64,000 bases of DNA from Blepharisma stoltei ATCC 30299 (GCA_965603825.1 CBFDEM010000008.1:187371-251370), one strand, 5' to 3'. Counted from the stretch's first letter, positions 1 to 14,629 are shown. Numbers and translations are program-made. The notes: generated by a model not told the origin, from the letters alone.

Positions 1-401
1 ATGGCGATCTATGAGCTATAGCTATAAGTAGAGATTTAAATGAACTTTTAGCCCAGAGCGGCCTTACTTGCCACAGAATTTTTGCCATAAGAAATAGTTT
101 TTATGCTAAAAGGAGATATAATAAAGCATTAAAACATTAATATGATGAGCCAAGTACAAATAAATATTATATTGCAGTAGTTAATGCCCTTTATAAGCAA
201 GAAAAATGAAAGCAATCGCTTTGGCGCTATAGTGAGACTATTAGAACAAAGTTGCTTTATGATACATATTATTGGTATAAAGGAAACGCTCTCAGTGAAT
301 TAGGTAAAAGAGAAATAGTTATTGAGTGTTTTCATGAAGCCTGCAGAATAAATTGCAGAGATGCTCAATATCTTAGCACCCGCCTCCCTAGAATAGAATA
401 A
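1..401 (+). pseudogene. 3' end of a degenerate TPR-repeat gene (window-truncated or decayed)
   Basis: From ~180 it reads VNALYKQEKW(TGA)KQSLWRYSETIRTK...YYWYKGNALSELGKREIVIECFHEACRIN... to TAA 399-401, like the TPR units at 15-20 kb. The upstream part is not cleanly open. Confidence 0.55.
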
Positions 402-890
402 GCTACTACTTATTGAAATCAATATTTAATTAAAATAAATCATTATAATAACTTAATTATTATTTCTTCCTGCTCAAAAAAAATGATTTTCTTTTATTTT
501 CAAGCCAATAGCATGCAACTTGATTTTTTTAAAAATTATTTCTCCTGGATAATGTAATTCTGGTGCTAGCTATAGAAAGGTTGCAATAGTTGAATTTTTT
601 TCCTGATTCGCTTTATGTTTCAAAATCCTTTAGCAATTGTTAGATCTTTTATTTTAAGTTTATTAAGCCTAATTTATCTAAAGAACATCAGCATTAATTT
701 TCTGTGCTTCTAAAATTGCTTATTAAATCCAAAGCAATCCTTTGATTCTATAGTTAAAATATAAAAATATCTATCCTTAATAAATTTCATAAAAGAATTT
801 ATTCTAGCCTATCTAGGTTTTGCTTTATTTCTATTCCATATTTTAATTTTACACACATTTATGAGAAACTATTTAAGTTTAAGGCTTTCC

Positions 891-3800
891 TTACCTCGAA
901 GAAAATTGGACAGTGAAGTATCTTCCAATCATATAAAGTGTCTCCACCACAAACACCTGCACCAAAATTCCATAAAGGAAAGAAATAGCCCAATATCCGC
1001 TCCATTCGAAGCAGAAATCAATATTTAGCAGCACAATCCCAATAATTGATCCAATAAGCACCGAAATCCCTACAATAACTGCTGCAATTGACCACATAGG
1101 CGCTTTGCTTCTATCAATAGCGAATGCTGAAATCATGAAAAGTTCTATTGGGGTCGCTATAAGTAGAGCTAAAATTGTGTAGCCAAAGTACACTGCTTCA
1201 TAGTCATTAAACAAGGTCTCAGTTGACGCTGATTTGCCTTTGCTGATATTTTCGAATCCATATATAAGTAGCCCTTCTAGCAATAATTCGAAAACAATGA
1301 CTGTAATCAATATAAACAGCCTAATAGCCCTTGGGAAGTGATTTCTGAAATAAATGAGCCCAAATAGTAAATGGCCTTCTAATAATGATTGCAACTCAGT
1401 TTCTGCAAACTCCTCTTTATTTACCTCTTCTTCATCAGGCTGAGCTTTACTCAAAACAGGGTCTGATGACTGGAATTCTGTGAAAACTCCTCCTTTAGTC
1501 GGTACTCCTTTTACGTCATTAGGAGTCTTCGGGGTTGACGGGCCATCCTCTTTTTCTACCAGAACACTCACATTTGGAGGATTAGGTATTGGCTCAATAA
1601 TCTGCTCATCTTGAATGCTCTCTAATGCCAAACTTCCTGCAGGATTATTTGGAGCCTTTACATTTTCTTCATTTTTATTTTCAGTATCCACATATTCTTG
1701 CTTCTTTAAGAAATGTGCAGGAGATTCTGGATGGAATGAGATATCGTGTAGGACAGGTTTGACCTTCTTAGCTTGATGTTTGCTATCAATAAAGCTCAGA
1801 ATAGGGGCAAAAATTATAGAAACAAACAGAGTGACTACCAATATATAAATTGGAGCATAATTATCATCACATGAGCTACTTGAAGGCTTGTTAGGAATGA
1901 CAACTTCAGTTTGGGTCAGCTTAAACATAGAGAAATGATAAACCTCAAATACAATGCTATTGTTTTTAATCTCAGAGATCTCACATCCGTCTTCTACCCA
2001 AGTTTTACTAGTCTCATTATAAAACAAGCAGCCCCAGGCGTAGTGTCTGCCGAGGTCTTTATTGATAGGCAGCTCCAACACAAATGGGTAGTCACTTGTA
2101 GAGAATGGCACATAAGTCTCAGTTGACGTCTGGAGCTCATAATTGACATAACTGCCTGAATTAGCAAAACTCATCATAACGATATCGCTGCTCTCGTCTG
2201 ATAAGTTATAATAATGCAGCTTGATGTTCATAACGTCAGTATCTGCATAGCTGAGGTTTGTTGGAATCGAAAAGGTTTGATTTGTCCCTATCCTTGCTGT
2301 ATGGTTTACCATTGAGCTCGGGAAATCTCTATATTTGAAGACTTTGGTCATGTCTGTATTTTGAGACCCGTCCATTGCAGATTGTGTTACTAAATCGTCA
2401 AGAGTCGCAGCTATTTCCCATTCAGTCAAAAACTTGTCTGCATTTATAATATAGTCTTCTAAGGACATGCCTACATAGTTGGTATTGTAGCCATATGACA
2501 AATAATTATTGACTAATGCGACAACTGTCACCATGTTTTCTTGACTTGGGACTAATGATGGATTATTTACAATAACCCCTGCAAGCCAAGTTGCCATTGT
2601 TGTAAACATTTCAGCACTCATCTGCTCAGTTTGGGTCGTCATAGAGTATGCAGCTCCTAGTGCATTTTGCAGTCTATCGTTGTCAACCGTGGTACTTGCA
2701 ACATAGCTTTGTAAGTCGCTCCACATTTTAGCAAAGAGCTCACTGTCAATAGTTGCAGAGCCGCAGAATAAACTGATACTTGCTGGGACATTATCAGAGT
2801 CTATAGTGCTTTCTAAATAAGCTTCCATAAGTGAAGAAGATTCTAGTCTTCTGCTGCTGGCTGCACTAATAGTAAGGGTAATTGAATAATCAGAGCAGGT
2901 TACTAAGCTATCACAGACACGAATGGTGACTGCATTTTCATTAGGGAACAAATAGGTCGATAAGTAATTAACCTCAGTCGTGTAACCTAAAGTATAAGTT
3001 TTGCCACCAGTGACATCAAGGTAACGGTAGGTTAATGGATAATCTTCTTCATCTTTATCATAGCAGCCATCTACGCTCAGCTTAAAAGAGGTTGTTAATG
3101 CATTGCCAGTGGTCGGGTCAGATGCAGCTGTTCCTGTACAAGTCGCTCCTAGGTTAGCGTTAATTGGTAAATGAACTGTAAAGGACTTGCCTTGAGCTGA
3201 TATAGATAAAGTAAATGTATAGGAGTTCCCTTCAGTCAATGTCCCAGAAGGCAAAGAAACAGTCGACAAATAATTAGGAGAAATTGCTATATCTTGTCCT
3301 GAGGTGACTGACCATTGTAAAGTAGGGGAATAGCTCGATGTAACTGAGGCTGAAAACTTGTTAGTCCCTTGTGGGTTGAATTTTTCTGAGCTTAGCACAA
3401 TTTCTGCTTTGGCTGTTGCAGTGGTGCTGAGAACGGTTAAGGTTACAGTTGCGCTGGCAGTCCTGGTATCTTTAGAAATTGTACATTTGATATCCCATTG
3501 GGCGCCTTTTACTAGTCTTGTTGCCGGTATCTTCAAATTTACACTGGCTTCGCTGTCTAAAAGGGTCTTTCCGTCACCTCCTACACATGTGCTAGCGTCA
3601 GCTGTATTTGTGCAAGTCCATAAGTAAGTTAAACTTACAGTCGAATCATCAGGATCTTTGCTGCCGCTTGCATCTATCGTATAATCAGAGTCAGGGGATA
3701 CGTCTCCGCTTGTCTTAGATAACTGTATTGATAAAGGTGAAGAAGTGACTGTAATTGATATAGTAGAATTTCCAGAAATAGAGGCACCGTTATAGGTTTG

Positions 3801-6800
3801 GGAAGCAATAGCCATAAAGACATATGGGGTATCAGTTTTAGCTGCTAAAGCATTTTTCTTGATTGTCAGTTTGTCGTTGTTAGCGTTTTGGAGGATGGAG
3901 GTAGAGTCAATGGTAGGGCCAGAATAGTATTTCCAGGTCCATGAGAAGCTACTGCTGGCAGAATTAGAACAGAGAGTACTGAGTTTTGCCTTTATAGTAG
4001 AAGAAGAGCTAGCCTTCATAGAAATACTGTTCCCTTGGTCAAATATGACTGATAGACTGCTTTCTCCAGTCACTGTAGTGACAAGCCAAGCTGAGCTTTT
4101 TAGCCCAAAATAGTTAGTTACCTGGAGCGTAAGATTTAGGGTCGTGGTGGTTGAGATATCGAAATAAGACTTAGCGATACTGATAGAAGATGTTTTTTGG
4201 GACTTTATGTAGTCGCTTAGCTTGCTGTTTGTAGGAGAAATTGTAGAGGACCAAGCATAGGACATAGAGCCTATTGACATCGTTGATTTTTCACCTGAGT
4301 ATTTCAATGGTTCTGAAGAAGACCCACAAGATAAAGAAGCACTTGAAGGACCAGTCAAAGCAGCAGTTGGAGAAGGACTTACAGAGGTGGTAGGGACCAC
4401 AGAAAGTGGCTGATAAGTCAATGAGCAAGAATCGCTTGAGTCTTTTACTAAATATGTCCCATCCAAATACATAGTCTGGCCTCTAAGTGTAAATAAGCTC
4501 CCAAGAGCCACTTTAAGCGTCTTTTGGTCAAGCCAGCTACAAACAGGCCCAGTTCCCAGTAGTCCTAGTGTCGTCGAATTAAACACCTTAGAGCAGGTTG
4601 GATCTAGCTTGGTATCAACTTTTGCATTGAAATATATATTTATTGAAGTCCACGTCGTGCTGAAACTTGCTGATTTTACATCAGTCGATGCCAAGTATTT
4701 CTTACACCCTATGCATTTGTTAAACATCAAGGTATAGCCACTATTACAGACACAAGTCTTAGAATTGGAATCAAATGAAGAATTGGCAGTACAAGCACAT
4801 TTTGACCCTGTTAGTTCTGCATTAGTGACACATTTAGTGCATTTATTTCCATCGTCAGTATTGCATTCAGTGCAAAGAGAGTTGCAGTTAGCGGCACAAT
4901 AGCCGGTGATGGAGCTGCTAGTTAGAGTATATCCTGAATCGCAGCTGCAGAGCTTGGTGGAAGCATCAAGGGTGGCATGGGCTCGACAAGAGGAACAGAC
5001 GGATTCGCTTGAACAAACTTTGCATGGAGCTTTGCAGAGCTCACAGTCGGTAGAGGATTTGTAATAGCCAGATTTGCAGGTGCAAGTAAAGGCTGTTTTA
5101 TCATAAGTCGCGAGTTCAGTACATGAAGTACATTTTGTTGCTGTGGTACAAGTTGCACAAGGCTTGGTACAAGCATGACAACTACCTCCTTGATAATAAA
5201 ATCCATCAGGACAGCAGCTTCCAGTTGGGTTAAACACTGTAGTCTTCACAGAAAACTGTTCATCACATTTCATACAATCCCCTGTCCCATCAACACACTC
5301 AAAGCAATAACTTTGACATGCCTTGCAAGTAGTATCCCAATATTTCCCTGAAGCACAACAAGAAGTCGGCTTAATTCCTGCTTTTGCTCTAAATGAGAAT
5401 TTTTTGCTGCAAATGCACAGTCCAGTCACATCTTCACAGCTTGTACAAGATGCTGCGCAGGATTCGCACTTTTTGGTTGTATCATTCCAGAATTTTCCAG
5501 CCGCACAACAACTGGTCTTTTTGGCTGAAGCTTTAGCACTAAATTTAAATTTATTTGAGCATTGTAAACAGTCAGCTGAGACGTCCTCACATATATCACA
5601 GTTAGTAGCACAGTTGAGGCATTTTTTCTGGGAATTGTTGTAGTATTGGTTGGTGGCTGAACAACAGCTGGGAACTTTTTTAACCCCTGCTACGGCGTGT
5701 ATTTTAACCTTTTTGGAGCATGCAAAGCAGTTTCCAGTGATATTTTCGCAGGTGTCACAATTTTGGTCAGGGCAAGGCTGGCACTGTAATGCTTGGCTCT
5801 TATAGTATTTGCCTGCAGCACAGCAAGTACCGACATTGACTCTTAAGGAGTGTCCTTTGAAGTATTTTTCACAGTTAATACAGTCTCCTGAGACATCTTG
5901 ACACATAAGACAGTGGGTTCCTGGACAGACATCGCATTGATTATTACTGGTCCAATATTTATTATCGTCTGCGCAGCATGATGTCTTTTTAAGCTTGGCC
6001 TTTACGCCTCTTATTTTCATCAAATTAGAGCATTGTATGCAGGAGCCATCACCATCGTTACAATAGTCGCAGTTTGTTGGGCAATTAATGCAGGAGGACC
6101 CAGAAGTGGGCCAATATTTCCCATCTATACAACAGCTTGGCTGCTTTTTCACTTTAGCAACGACTCTTGGGAATTTAACTTTTGTGGAGCATGCTAAACA
6201 GTTTCCTGTAATATTTTCGCAGAAATCACAATTTGTGTCAGGGCATGCCGAACAGCCAACGCTCGCCTTGTAGTAATTGCCTGGATCACAACAAGTACCC
6301 ACATTGACTTTTAATGAGCTTCCTTTGAAGTATTTTTCACAATTAATACAGTCTCCTGAGACATCTTGGCACATAAGACAATGACTGCTGCAAGTGTCGC
6401 ATTGATTATTACTGGTCCAATATTTATTATCGTCTGCGCAACATGATGTCTTTTTCACCTTGACTTTTATGTTTCTGAATTTCATTAAATCAGAGCATTG
6501 TATGCAGGAGCCATCTCCATCATTACAATAATCGCAATTTGTTGGGCAAGAAGTGCAGGAACTTCCACCAGTTGGCCAATATTTCCCATCTATACAACAG
6601 CTTGGCTGCTTTTTCACTTTAGCAACAACTTGAGGGAATTTAACTTTTTTGGAGCATTCTATGCATTTTCCTGTAATATTTTCGCATAAATCACAATTAT
6701 TGACAGGACATGTCTGGCAACCAGCACCACTGCTCTGGTAGTATTTGCCTGGATCACAGCAAGTACCCACATTGACTTTTAATGAGCTTCCTTTGAAGTA

Positions 6801-9800
6801 TTTTTCACAATTAATACAGTCTCCTGAGACATCTTGGCACATAAGACAATGGCTGCTGCAAGTGTCGCATTGATTATTACTGGTCCAATATTTATTATCG
6901 TCTGCGCAACATGATGTCTTTTTCACCTTGACTTTTATGTTTCTGAATTTCATTAAATCAGAGCATTGTATGCAGGAGCCACCACCATCATTACAATAAT
7001 CGCAATTTGTTGGGCAAGAAGTGCAGGAACTTCCACCAGTGGGCCAATATTTCCCATCTATACAACAGCTTGGCTGCTTTTTCACTTTAGCAACAACTTG
7101 AGGGAATTTAACTTTTTTGGAGCATTCTATGCATTTTCCTGTAATATTTTCGCATAAATCACAATTATTGACAGGACATGTCTGGCAACCAGCACCACTG
7201 CTCTGGTAGTATTTGCCTGGATCACAACAAGTACCCACATTGACTTTTAATGAGCTTCCTTTGAAGTATTTTTCACAATTAATACAGTCTCCTGAGACAT
7301 CTTGGCACATAAGACAATGGCTGCTGCAAGTGTCGCATTGATTATTACTGGTCCAATATTTATTATCGTCTGCGCAACATGATGTCTTTTTCACCTTGAC
7401 TTTTATGTTTCTGAATTTCATTAAATCAGAGCATTGTATGCAGGAGCCACCACCATCATTACAATAATCGCAATTTGTTGGGCAAGAAGTGCAGGAACTT
7501 CCACCAGTGGGCCAATATTTCCCATCTATACAACAGCTTGGCTGCTTTTTCACTTTAGCAACAACTTGAGGGAATTTAACTTTTTTGGAGCATTCTATGC
7601 ATTTCCCTGTAATATTTTCGCATAAATCACAATTATTGACAGGACATGTCTTGCAACCATCAGCGCCGCTCTTGTAGTATTCGCCTGGATCACAACAAGT
7701 ACCCACATTGACTTTTAATGAGCTTCCTTTGAAGTATTTTTCACATTTCATACAGTCTCCTGAGACATCTTGGCACATAAGACAATGACTGCTGCAAGTG
7801 TCGCATTGATTATTACTGGCCCAATATTTATTATCGTCTGCGCAACATGATGTCTTTTTCACCTTGACTTTTATATTTCTGAATTTCATTAAACCAGAGC
7901 ATTGTATGCAGGAGCCACCACCATCATTACAATAATCGCAATTTGTTGGGCAAGAAGTGCAGGAACTTCCACCAGTGGGCCAATATTCCGCATCATTGAT
8001 ACAGCAGCTTGGCTGCGTTTTTATTTTAGCAACAACTTGTGGTAATTTTACTTTTTTGGAACATTCTATGCATTTCCCTGTAATATTTTCGCATAAATCA
8101 CAATTATTGACAGGACATGTCTTGCAACCATCAGCGCCGCTCTTGTAGTATTCGCCTGGATCACAACAAGTACCGATATTAACTTTTGGGGCGATTCCTT
8201 TGAATGTTTTTTCACATTTCATACAGTCTCCTGAGACATCTTGGCACATAAGACAATGGCTGTTGCAAGAATCGCATTGATTATTACTGGTCCAATATTT
8301 ATTATCGTCTGAACAACATGATGTCTTTTTCACCTTGACTTTTATGTTTCTGAATTTCATTAAACCAGAGCATTGTATGCAGGAGCCATCTCCATCATTA
8401 CAATAATCGCAGTTTGTTGGGCAAGAAATGCAGGAACTTCCACCAGTGGGCCTATATTCCGCATCATTGATACAACAACTTGGCTGCGTTTTCACTTTAG
8501 CAACAACTTGTGGCAATTTTACTTTTTTGGAACATTCTATGCATAGTCCTGTAATATTTTCGCATAAATCACAATTATTGACAGGACATGCCTGGCAGCT
8601 GCCGCTCTTGTAGTATTTGCCTGGATCACAACAAGTACCGATATTAATTCTTGGGGCACTTCCTTTGAAGTCTTTTTCACATTTTATACAGTCTCCTGAG
8701 ACATCTTGGCACATAAGACAATGGCTGTTGCAAGGATTGCATTGGCCTGCGTTCCAATATTTATTATCGTCTGCACAGCATGATGTCTTTTTTAGCTTGA
8801 CTTTTGCGCCTCTGAATTTCACAAGATTAGAGCATTTTATGCAAGACCCATCGCCATCTGCACAATCATTGCAATTATCTGCGCAGGTAGTACAAGCACC
8901 TGATCCGCTTGGTTTATATTTGTTATCAAGACAACAACTTGGCATTTTTTTATGGCCAACAGTGATTGCTGGGAATTTTACTTTTTTGCTGCAAGTAAGA
9001 CAGTTTCCAGTCACATTTTGACAGTCATCACAGTTTGTATCAGGACATGTGACACAGGCGGGTGGAACAGCAGTTAAACTATAATAGGTATTTCCAGAAC
9101 AGCATGTGCTTACGTCCACTATTGTAGCACCCTTGACTTTCTTTGAGCAAGAAATACAATCCCCTGTCACATCTTTGCACTCCAAACAATTATCAGAACA
9201 GTTCACACAAGAACTGCCAGTTCTGTGTTTTCCTGAGTCACAACAGCTGGTTTTCTTAAGTTTTACCTTCACACCTGCCATTTTGACTGTATTTTTGCAT
9301 TGGATACAGGCAGTTCCATCTCCTCCGTCTTGGCAGCTTGCACAATTAGTATCAGGACATGGCTTGCATTGGTTGTCTGGCGTTTTCCAAAATTCATTAG
9401 AATTTGAGCAACAACTGGTTTTTTTGACGTGTACAACTAAATTTGAAGGCAGTTTTAACTTTTTCTTGCATTCAAGACAAGTGGCACCATTGGTGGCGCC
9501 GTCACTGCAGATATTACAATTGGTATCTTGGCAATTCATGCAAGTGTTTCCAGCAGTTCCTCCGTTAAATTGTCCATCAAGGCAACATGAAGTCTTTTTG
9601 ATCTTAATAATGGCTCGACCTTTTAACTTTTGTGAGCATTTAATACAGTTACCAGTAGTATCAGCACAGGAATCACAATTGGCACCACAGTCTTGACACA
9701 ATTGATTTGAATTGTAGTATTTTTTGTCTGCACAACAAGATGGGGACTCCTTGGCCTTGATTTTGGTCTTCATTTTCATTTTTTGAGTAGTGGCACAGGA

Positions 9801-10292
9801 AGTGCATAAAGATTGGGTTGCATCATAAAATTCGCCTTGGTTAGGACAGTTTTGGCAAGTACTTCCATCGAACCAATCTGCATCAGTGGCACACTGGCAA
9901 GTAGTTCCGCTTAAAGTTTGAGAGCCTTTGCATTTGCATTTGTTCATGTCTGCGCCTGTGCCGATTTCCATTCTATTTGGGTCCATACACTGTAAGCATG
10001 CCTGGGTAAAGTCGGCACAATAAGCACATAAGTCACCACAAGTGACACAAGTACTTCCATCAGCATTACTAGACTTACCTGGAGGGCAAGAAGCTGGTGT
10101 GGTAAGGGCTCTCCAATGAGGGTTTTCAGAAGTAAAAGGAGAAGACTCTGTGGGCTCTTTATATAATCCTTCAGATTTTGGAAGTTGTCAAGGGACTTTA
10201 CCTTTGTCATTAGAAGGCAGTGAGTCGTGAACTTCCGAAGCTTGAAGCAGCACAACTGATAAAAGACAGCAGAAAAGAAGCTGACTTCGCAT
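891..10292 (-). CDS. Giant cysteine-rich polycystin-1-like surface protein (signal peptide, furin-like Cys repeats, REJ-like region, GPS motif, 5 TM), 3133 aa
   Basis: With TGA(10188-10190)=Trp the ORF extends 102 codons to ATG 10292 and starts with a signal peptide, MRSQLLFCCLLSVVLLQA. CxxC-rich repeats follow, then a Ser/Thr-rich REJ-like region (IDASGSKDPD, YLWTC, DYPLTYRY) and a GPS motif WGCLFYN..WVEDGC..YHFSMF. After that come one TM, an acidic loop and four more TMs (HLLFGLI..FPRAIR, WAISFLYG), resembling PKD1 TM1-5. Confidence 0.85.
6290..8760 (-). repeat. Intragenic tandem repeat, ~468-bp (156-aa) unit, about 5 copies, central ones near-identical
   Basis: Near-identical antisense ORFs recur at 6498, 6966 and 7434 (468-bp period), and a related pair at 7957/8428 (471 bp). 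The protein repeats CCADDNKYW..CQDVSGDC..CENITGKC..CNDGGGSC. Confidence 0.9.
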
Positions 10293-12106
10293 ATTTATAA
10301 ACCTTAATTTTTAGTCATGAATTTCTGGATAATAAAAATATGGGATAACATTTTTTTCAGAGGCTTGGAATTAGGAAGACTTAATAGGCAAGCCAAATAA
10401 ATTTTAAAACTTTTGTATATACAAGGACTAAATAAAAAAAATTATAAGGGACGTTTTGATGTTTAGGAAGTTTTCGGCTGTAGAAATCCAGCAGGTGGCT
10501 TGGGAATGCTAGATTTTAGTTTTAGGACAAGTTGGTGGGAAAAGGGAGGTCTTGGGTTGCTTTTGAAATTTTTTCACCTTTGAGAACTTTTTAAAATATT
10601 GCATATTGAGCAATTGTCTGGGGTGTCTGGCGAGTAGACCCAACCTCAAGCAAGCAGATTCCATAATTTAAGAAAGTCAGGGTGGGTTTTTGCCAGGTCA
10701 GATCTTAGCAGGGGTATTTTTTCTTTGTCCCATGAATGATAAAGAGAAGATGTAAAGTCAGACATACTTCAGGCAAACAATTTTATACCTATTAAGGCAG
10801 TAATAAAGAAGGAAGCAGTAGGTGTCCTGAGCACTACAAAGACTAATAGATCCTCTGTCATAGAGCATGGTCAAGCTTAGCCAGGAGATGTTAGGCTTTG
10901 CCTTATAAAATTAAAAATCTAATTGTTTATGGAAAGAAGAAGGATAGGTCTTATATTTACCTGGCTTTAAAGAAGTAATAATAAATTGCATAGAATTTAA
11001 TAAATCTAATCATAATTGTATCGAGTTTAATCGAATTCTACTCATAGGCTTAGTTTTGAATATCAGAGAGCTGGTGAATTTTAGGCAAAACCCTTATGTG
11101 TTGACCTTTTAAGTTAAGCAAAGGATAAAGGATAAAGAATTAAAATTAAAATATATTTTTACTCTGAAGAAAAGCTGTCGATATAGATTAAATAATTATT
11201 AGAAATTGATTGCATTTTTAGATTGAATCAGTTACGCTTCTAAAAAAAAATTGAAAAATTTTTAGGCTATGTGATTGATTTTGATTCCAAAATCATAAAA
11301 TTTATATTATCTAATTCAATAAATGCTTTTTTGTTTGCCATCTAAGTTTTATATGCATGATTTACTTTATATTAGAAATTGTTAAAAATAGTATTTTACG
11401 CCGAAAAATTGTTAACAGTTTTCATATTTGCTTAAAGCCGAACTTCCGATATTGAGGGAAATATTTTCTATAGCTTATATAGTGGAAGTTCTAGTTAATT
11501 GAATAAAAAAAAACAAACAATAAGCCTCATAACCTTATTTAATTCTTTTAAAGCTTACTAAGAAAGCTTTTTTATCATTTCTTGACAAGAAAAATTCATT
11601 GAAAAATTAGTGAATTCCTTTAACCAAAATTATTTCAATCTTAGACAAAATTCACAACTTCAGCGAGAATTTTTCAATCAGAAAAGATGACAGACGACCA
11701 CCTTAAACAGCCTTAAAGCAGCTGAAAATGCCAGAAAATTGTTCTGAATAAAATTACTTCAGTAGATTTTAGAATCATAAGTTGAAAGAAAATTGGCGAA
11801 ACTCTAGACTGCCTGAATAAAAATTTTCTGTTTTATTCCAAATTTGCCTTGAAGAAAATAATAAAAATATAAATAGAGCATGATCTGGTTGTTTAAAAAT
11901 AAAAAATCAGCAAAGAAATAGATAAAACTAATAAAAAATAATCGATAGCAACTAAAATTTAGTGAATATAAAGAATTACTCGAAGAAATTCAATTAAGAA
12001 ATATCAATAAAATAGGAAATATTTTATAACTAGCAAGAAATAATAAAATTTCATTTTAAGAAACCTTATTAGGCCAGTTGATCTTACTATTTACCACCAA
12101 TTACTC

Positions 12107-14338
12107 CTATTCACTACTAATTTCATAAGTATAACTCTCTTCAAAATTATTTTCCGGAGTCTTGAAATCAAAAAACCCTTTAACACGGCCTAAAATTTCA
12201 CTTATCCCATTTACACTTTCATTAATACAATTCATTCTCATCCATACAGGGCGCTTATAAAATGTATGCCTTTCGTCCACCAATAAAATTACAGCATAAT
12301 CATTTGCATGCCTAATTGCTCTTCCTATTGACTGATTTATAGTTTTATGACAATTCGTCTCATAGAAAACTCTTCCATTAAATCCAGTATTTTTTGAGTC
12401 TAAAAAATTAATTCTTTCTTTAACTTCTATATCAAAACAATTTAAATAAGGTAACCCAACCATTATAATGCACCTGCCCAGCTCATCACTAAAGTTAATT
12501 CCTTCACTTAATTTACCTCTCGCGACTGCAAAAAGTATGGCACCTTCTCCTTGGGCGCAGCTTGAATACTGGTCTAAAATATTCTCATTTCTCTTATCGT
12601 AAAATATTTTTTTATATTTTTGGATTTTTTTAGCACAATCACTATTTATATAGTTCTGCAATTTTCCTAAAAAACTGAAAGAGGGCAGGAAAACAACGAT
12701 TCCATTAGGAACCACCTGACTTACGTCAGTTATCAGCTCACAAAGGTCAGTCATCATTATAAGATCGTCTCGTTTCTCAAATACAAATTTAAAAGGTCTG
12801 CCACTTTTCCCTTTAGGCACTATAGAAACTAATAAATTTTCTGGAGGAATCACATGGCCGCATGAAAAAAAAGCCATTTCTGAGCGAGGGATGTCTTCAA
12901 AAAGATCTATAAATTCTTCTTGAGGCTCAATTGTGCCTCCGATTAGGATAATGCATCGTACTGCTTTTAAAATAGATCTGAAGGGAATTATTGGATTTAG
13001 CAGCAAATATTTTATTTTAGGATCAGCTCCTTCACACCTATCATAAATTATGCAGGAATCTGTAGGGTCGTTTATAAAGCACTCTAAAAACTCAATAAAA
13101 TAGTAAAAATACGTCTTATCGTGTGAAGAAAGATTACCAAATCCCATAACTTTTCTAGCTAAATCGTCTTTTTCTATAAATTTAAGAATTTCATCATATC
13201 TGCCTCTCCCAAAGCTATATTTCTTAATAAAATCGTTTACTGGGATCGAAAGGCCTTTTTTTGTAGGGTCCTTCATGGCTCAACTAATAAATCCATCTAA
13301 TTTTCTTATAAACTGTAAAATATAGTTAACACGGCTTGCTTTTTCAGAACTCCAGCCACTTCAGTAATGATAATAATATTCGCTTAAAGTCTTTTTGCAT
13401 TGCTTTATTTGGCTATTTGTCAAAGAAGCTGAGTATGCGTCGATTGTTGATTCTATCAAATTATGAGCTTCGTCTATGATAAGAATAGAGTTTTGTAAAT
13501 TTATTTTGGAGCGATTACGTATTCTTTTGTTAAGAATTGATAAATAGGGGGCTATAATAACTTCTGCTTCTTCAATAGCAAGCCTTGAGCCATAATATGG
13601 GCAGCCATGCTCTCTTCTGCCAGCTATTAATAGATCTTCAATATCACGTATTTCATTGATTATGTGCTCACATATGCGTTTGGCTCCGCTAAAATATGAA
13701 CAATGAATTTCTCTTTGTTTTGGCTTTTTATTTTTTATATTTTTATTCTCTAATTCTTCATTTTCTTCTTCCTTATATTCAATTTCGGCTTCTACCATCA
13801 TTTTTTCTTCTTCCGGGTCTTTTTTAGCTTCTTCTAATTGCATTTTCTCATTTAATTCGCCTTCTTCTTTATCTGTGTCTTCATCTGTGTCGTCATAATA
13901 CGCTTCTCCTATCATTTCTTTGCATTTATGATCAATTTCATATGAATTTTTGAATTCTTCAAGCTCTGGGTTGATACAAAATTGCTTTCTTGATCCGACT
14001 CTGACAGCCCGAATTTTGTCTTCTCCTTGACCTCAAATTGTTTTTTTAATTTCAGAAATAAATTGGTCTAACTGTAAATGAGTTCTACTTGTGTATACAA
14101 TTTTTGGAAAATATTGACTTATTGCGTGCTTTTTTTTGCGATAATTCTTGCTAGGCCGAGGATAGTTCTGATCACGAAGCCACTTGAAGGATGAGCTAAT
14201 TATGCTTAGCGATTTTCCTGTTCCTGTTGGGCTTTCAAAAATTCCAACCTTTTTAGTGTCAAGGGTTCTATAAAGCTCATTCATGAGATCAAGCTGAACA
14301 TCGTAAGGCTTATAAGGAAAATTAAAAGTTTGCTCCAT
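12107..14338 (-). CDS. DDX11: DDX11/Chl1-like Fe-S (XPD family) DNA helicase, 743 aa
   Basis: Three track ORFs join in frame through TGA at 14033, 13361 and 13280. Motifs: [82 protein letters not shown]. Confidence 0.92.
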
Positions 14339-14629
14339 TTAAATATAAGAAAAATCAATGAAGTGCTTCAGTCAAGTCGCTTATGAAGTTCAATAATAAA
14401 CAGTTATATTTACTTGTACGGGAAATCAAAATAAATAATCAGGTTTTTCCCAAAAAACAATATAAAGGAGTGAAATCATTAAATGGGTGGATGCTATAAA
14501 TACTATTTTGCAGCTGTAACTCTGCATTACAATAGAATATAATCATTTGGTTGATAAGTTTCTTTCAATCCCAAAATAAATAGCTTCATTGATTCGTTAT
14601 TTTCGTATCATCTAGATTTTTTAAGTTAA

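Noticed and set aside
1911-10255. Many short ORFs overlapping the giant gene (e.g. 6498, 6966, 7434, 8617, 9106 on +; 9944-10255 on -)
   Set aside because: They are antisense or off-frame shadows of the Cys-rich repeats. The true N-terminus is in the main frame via TGA=Trp.
10400-11100. GC-richer intergenic patches (also 17560-17900, 21850-22150, 38100-38620, 42100-42800) as possible transposon or ncRNA relics
   Set aside because: I could not recognise any protein motif, terminal repeat or RNA structure by eye.
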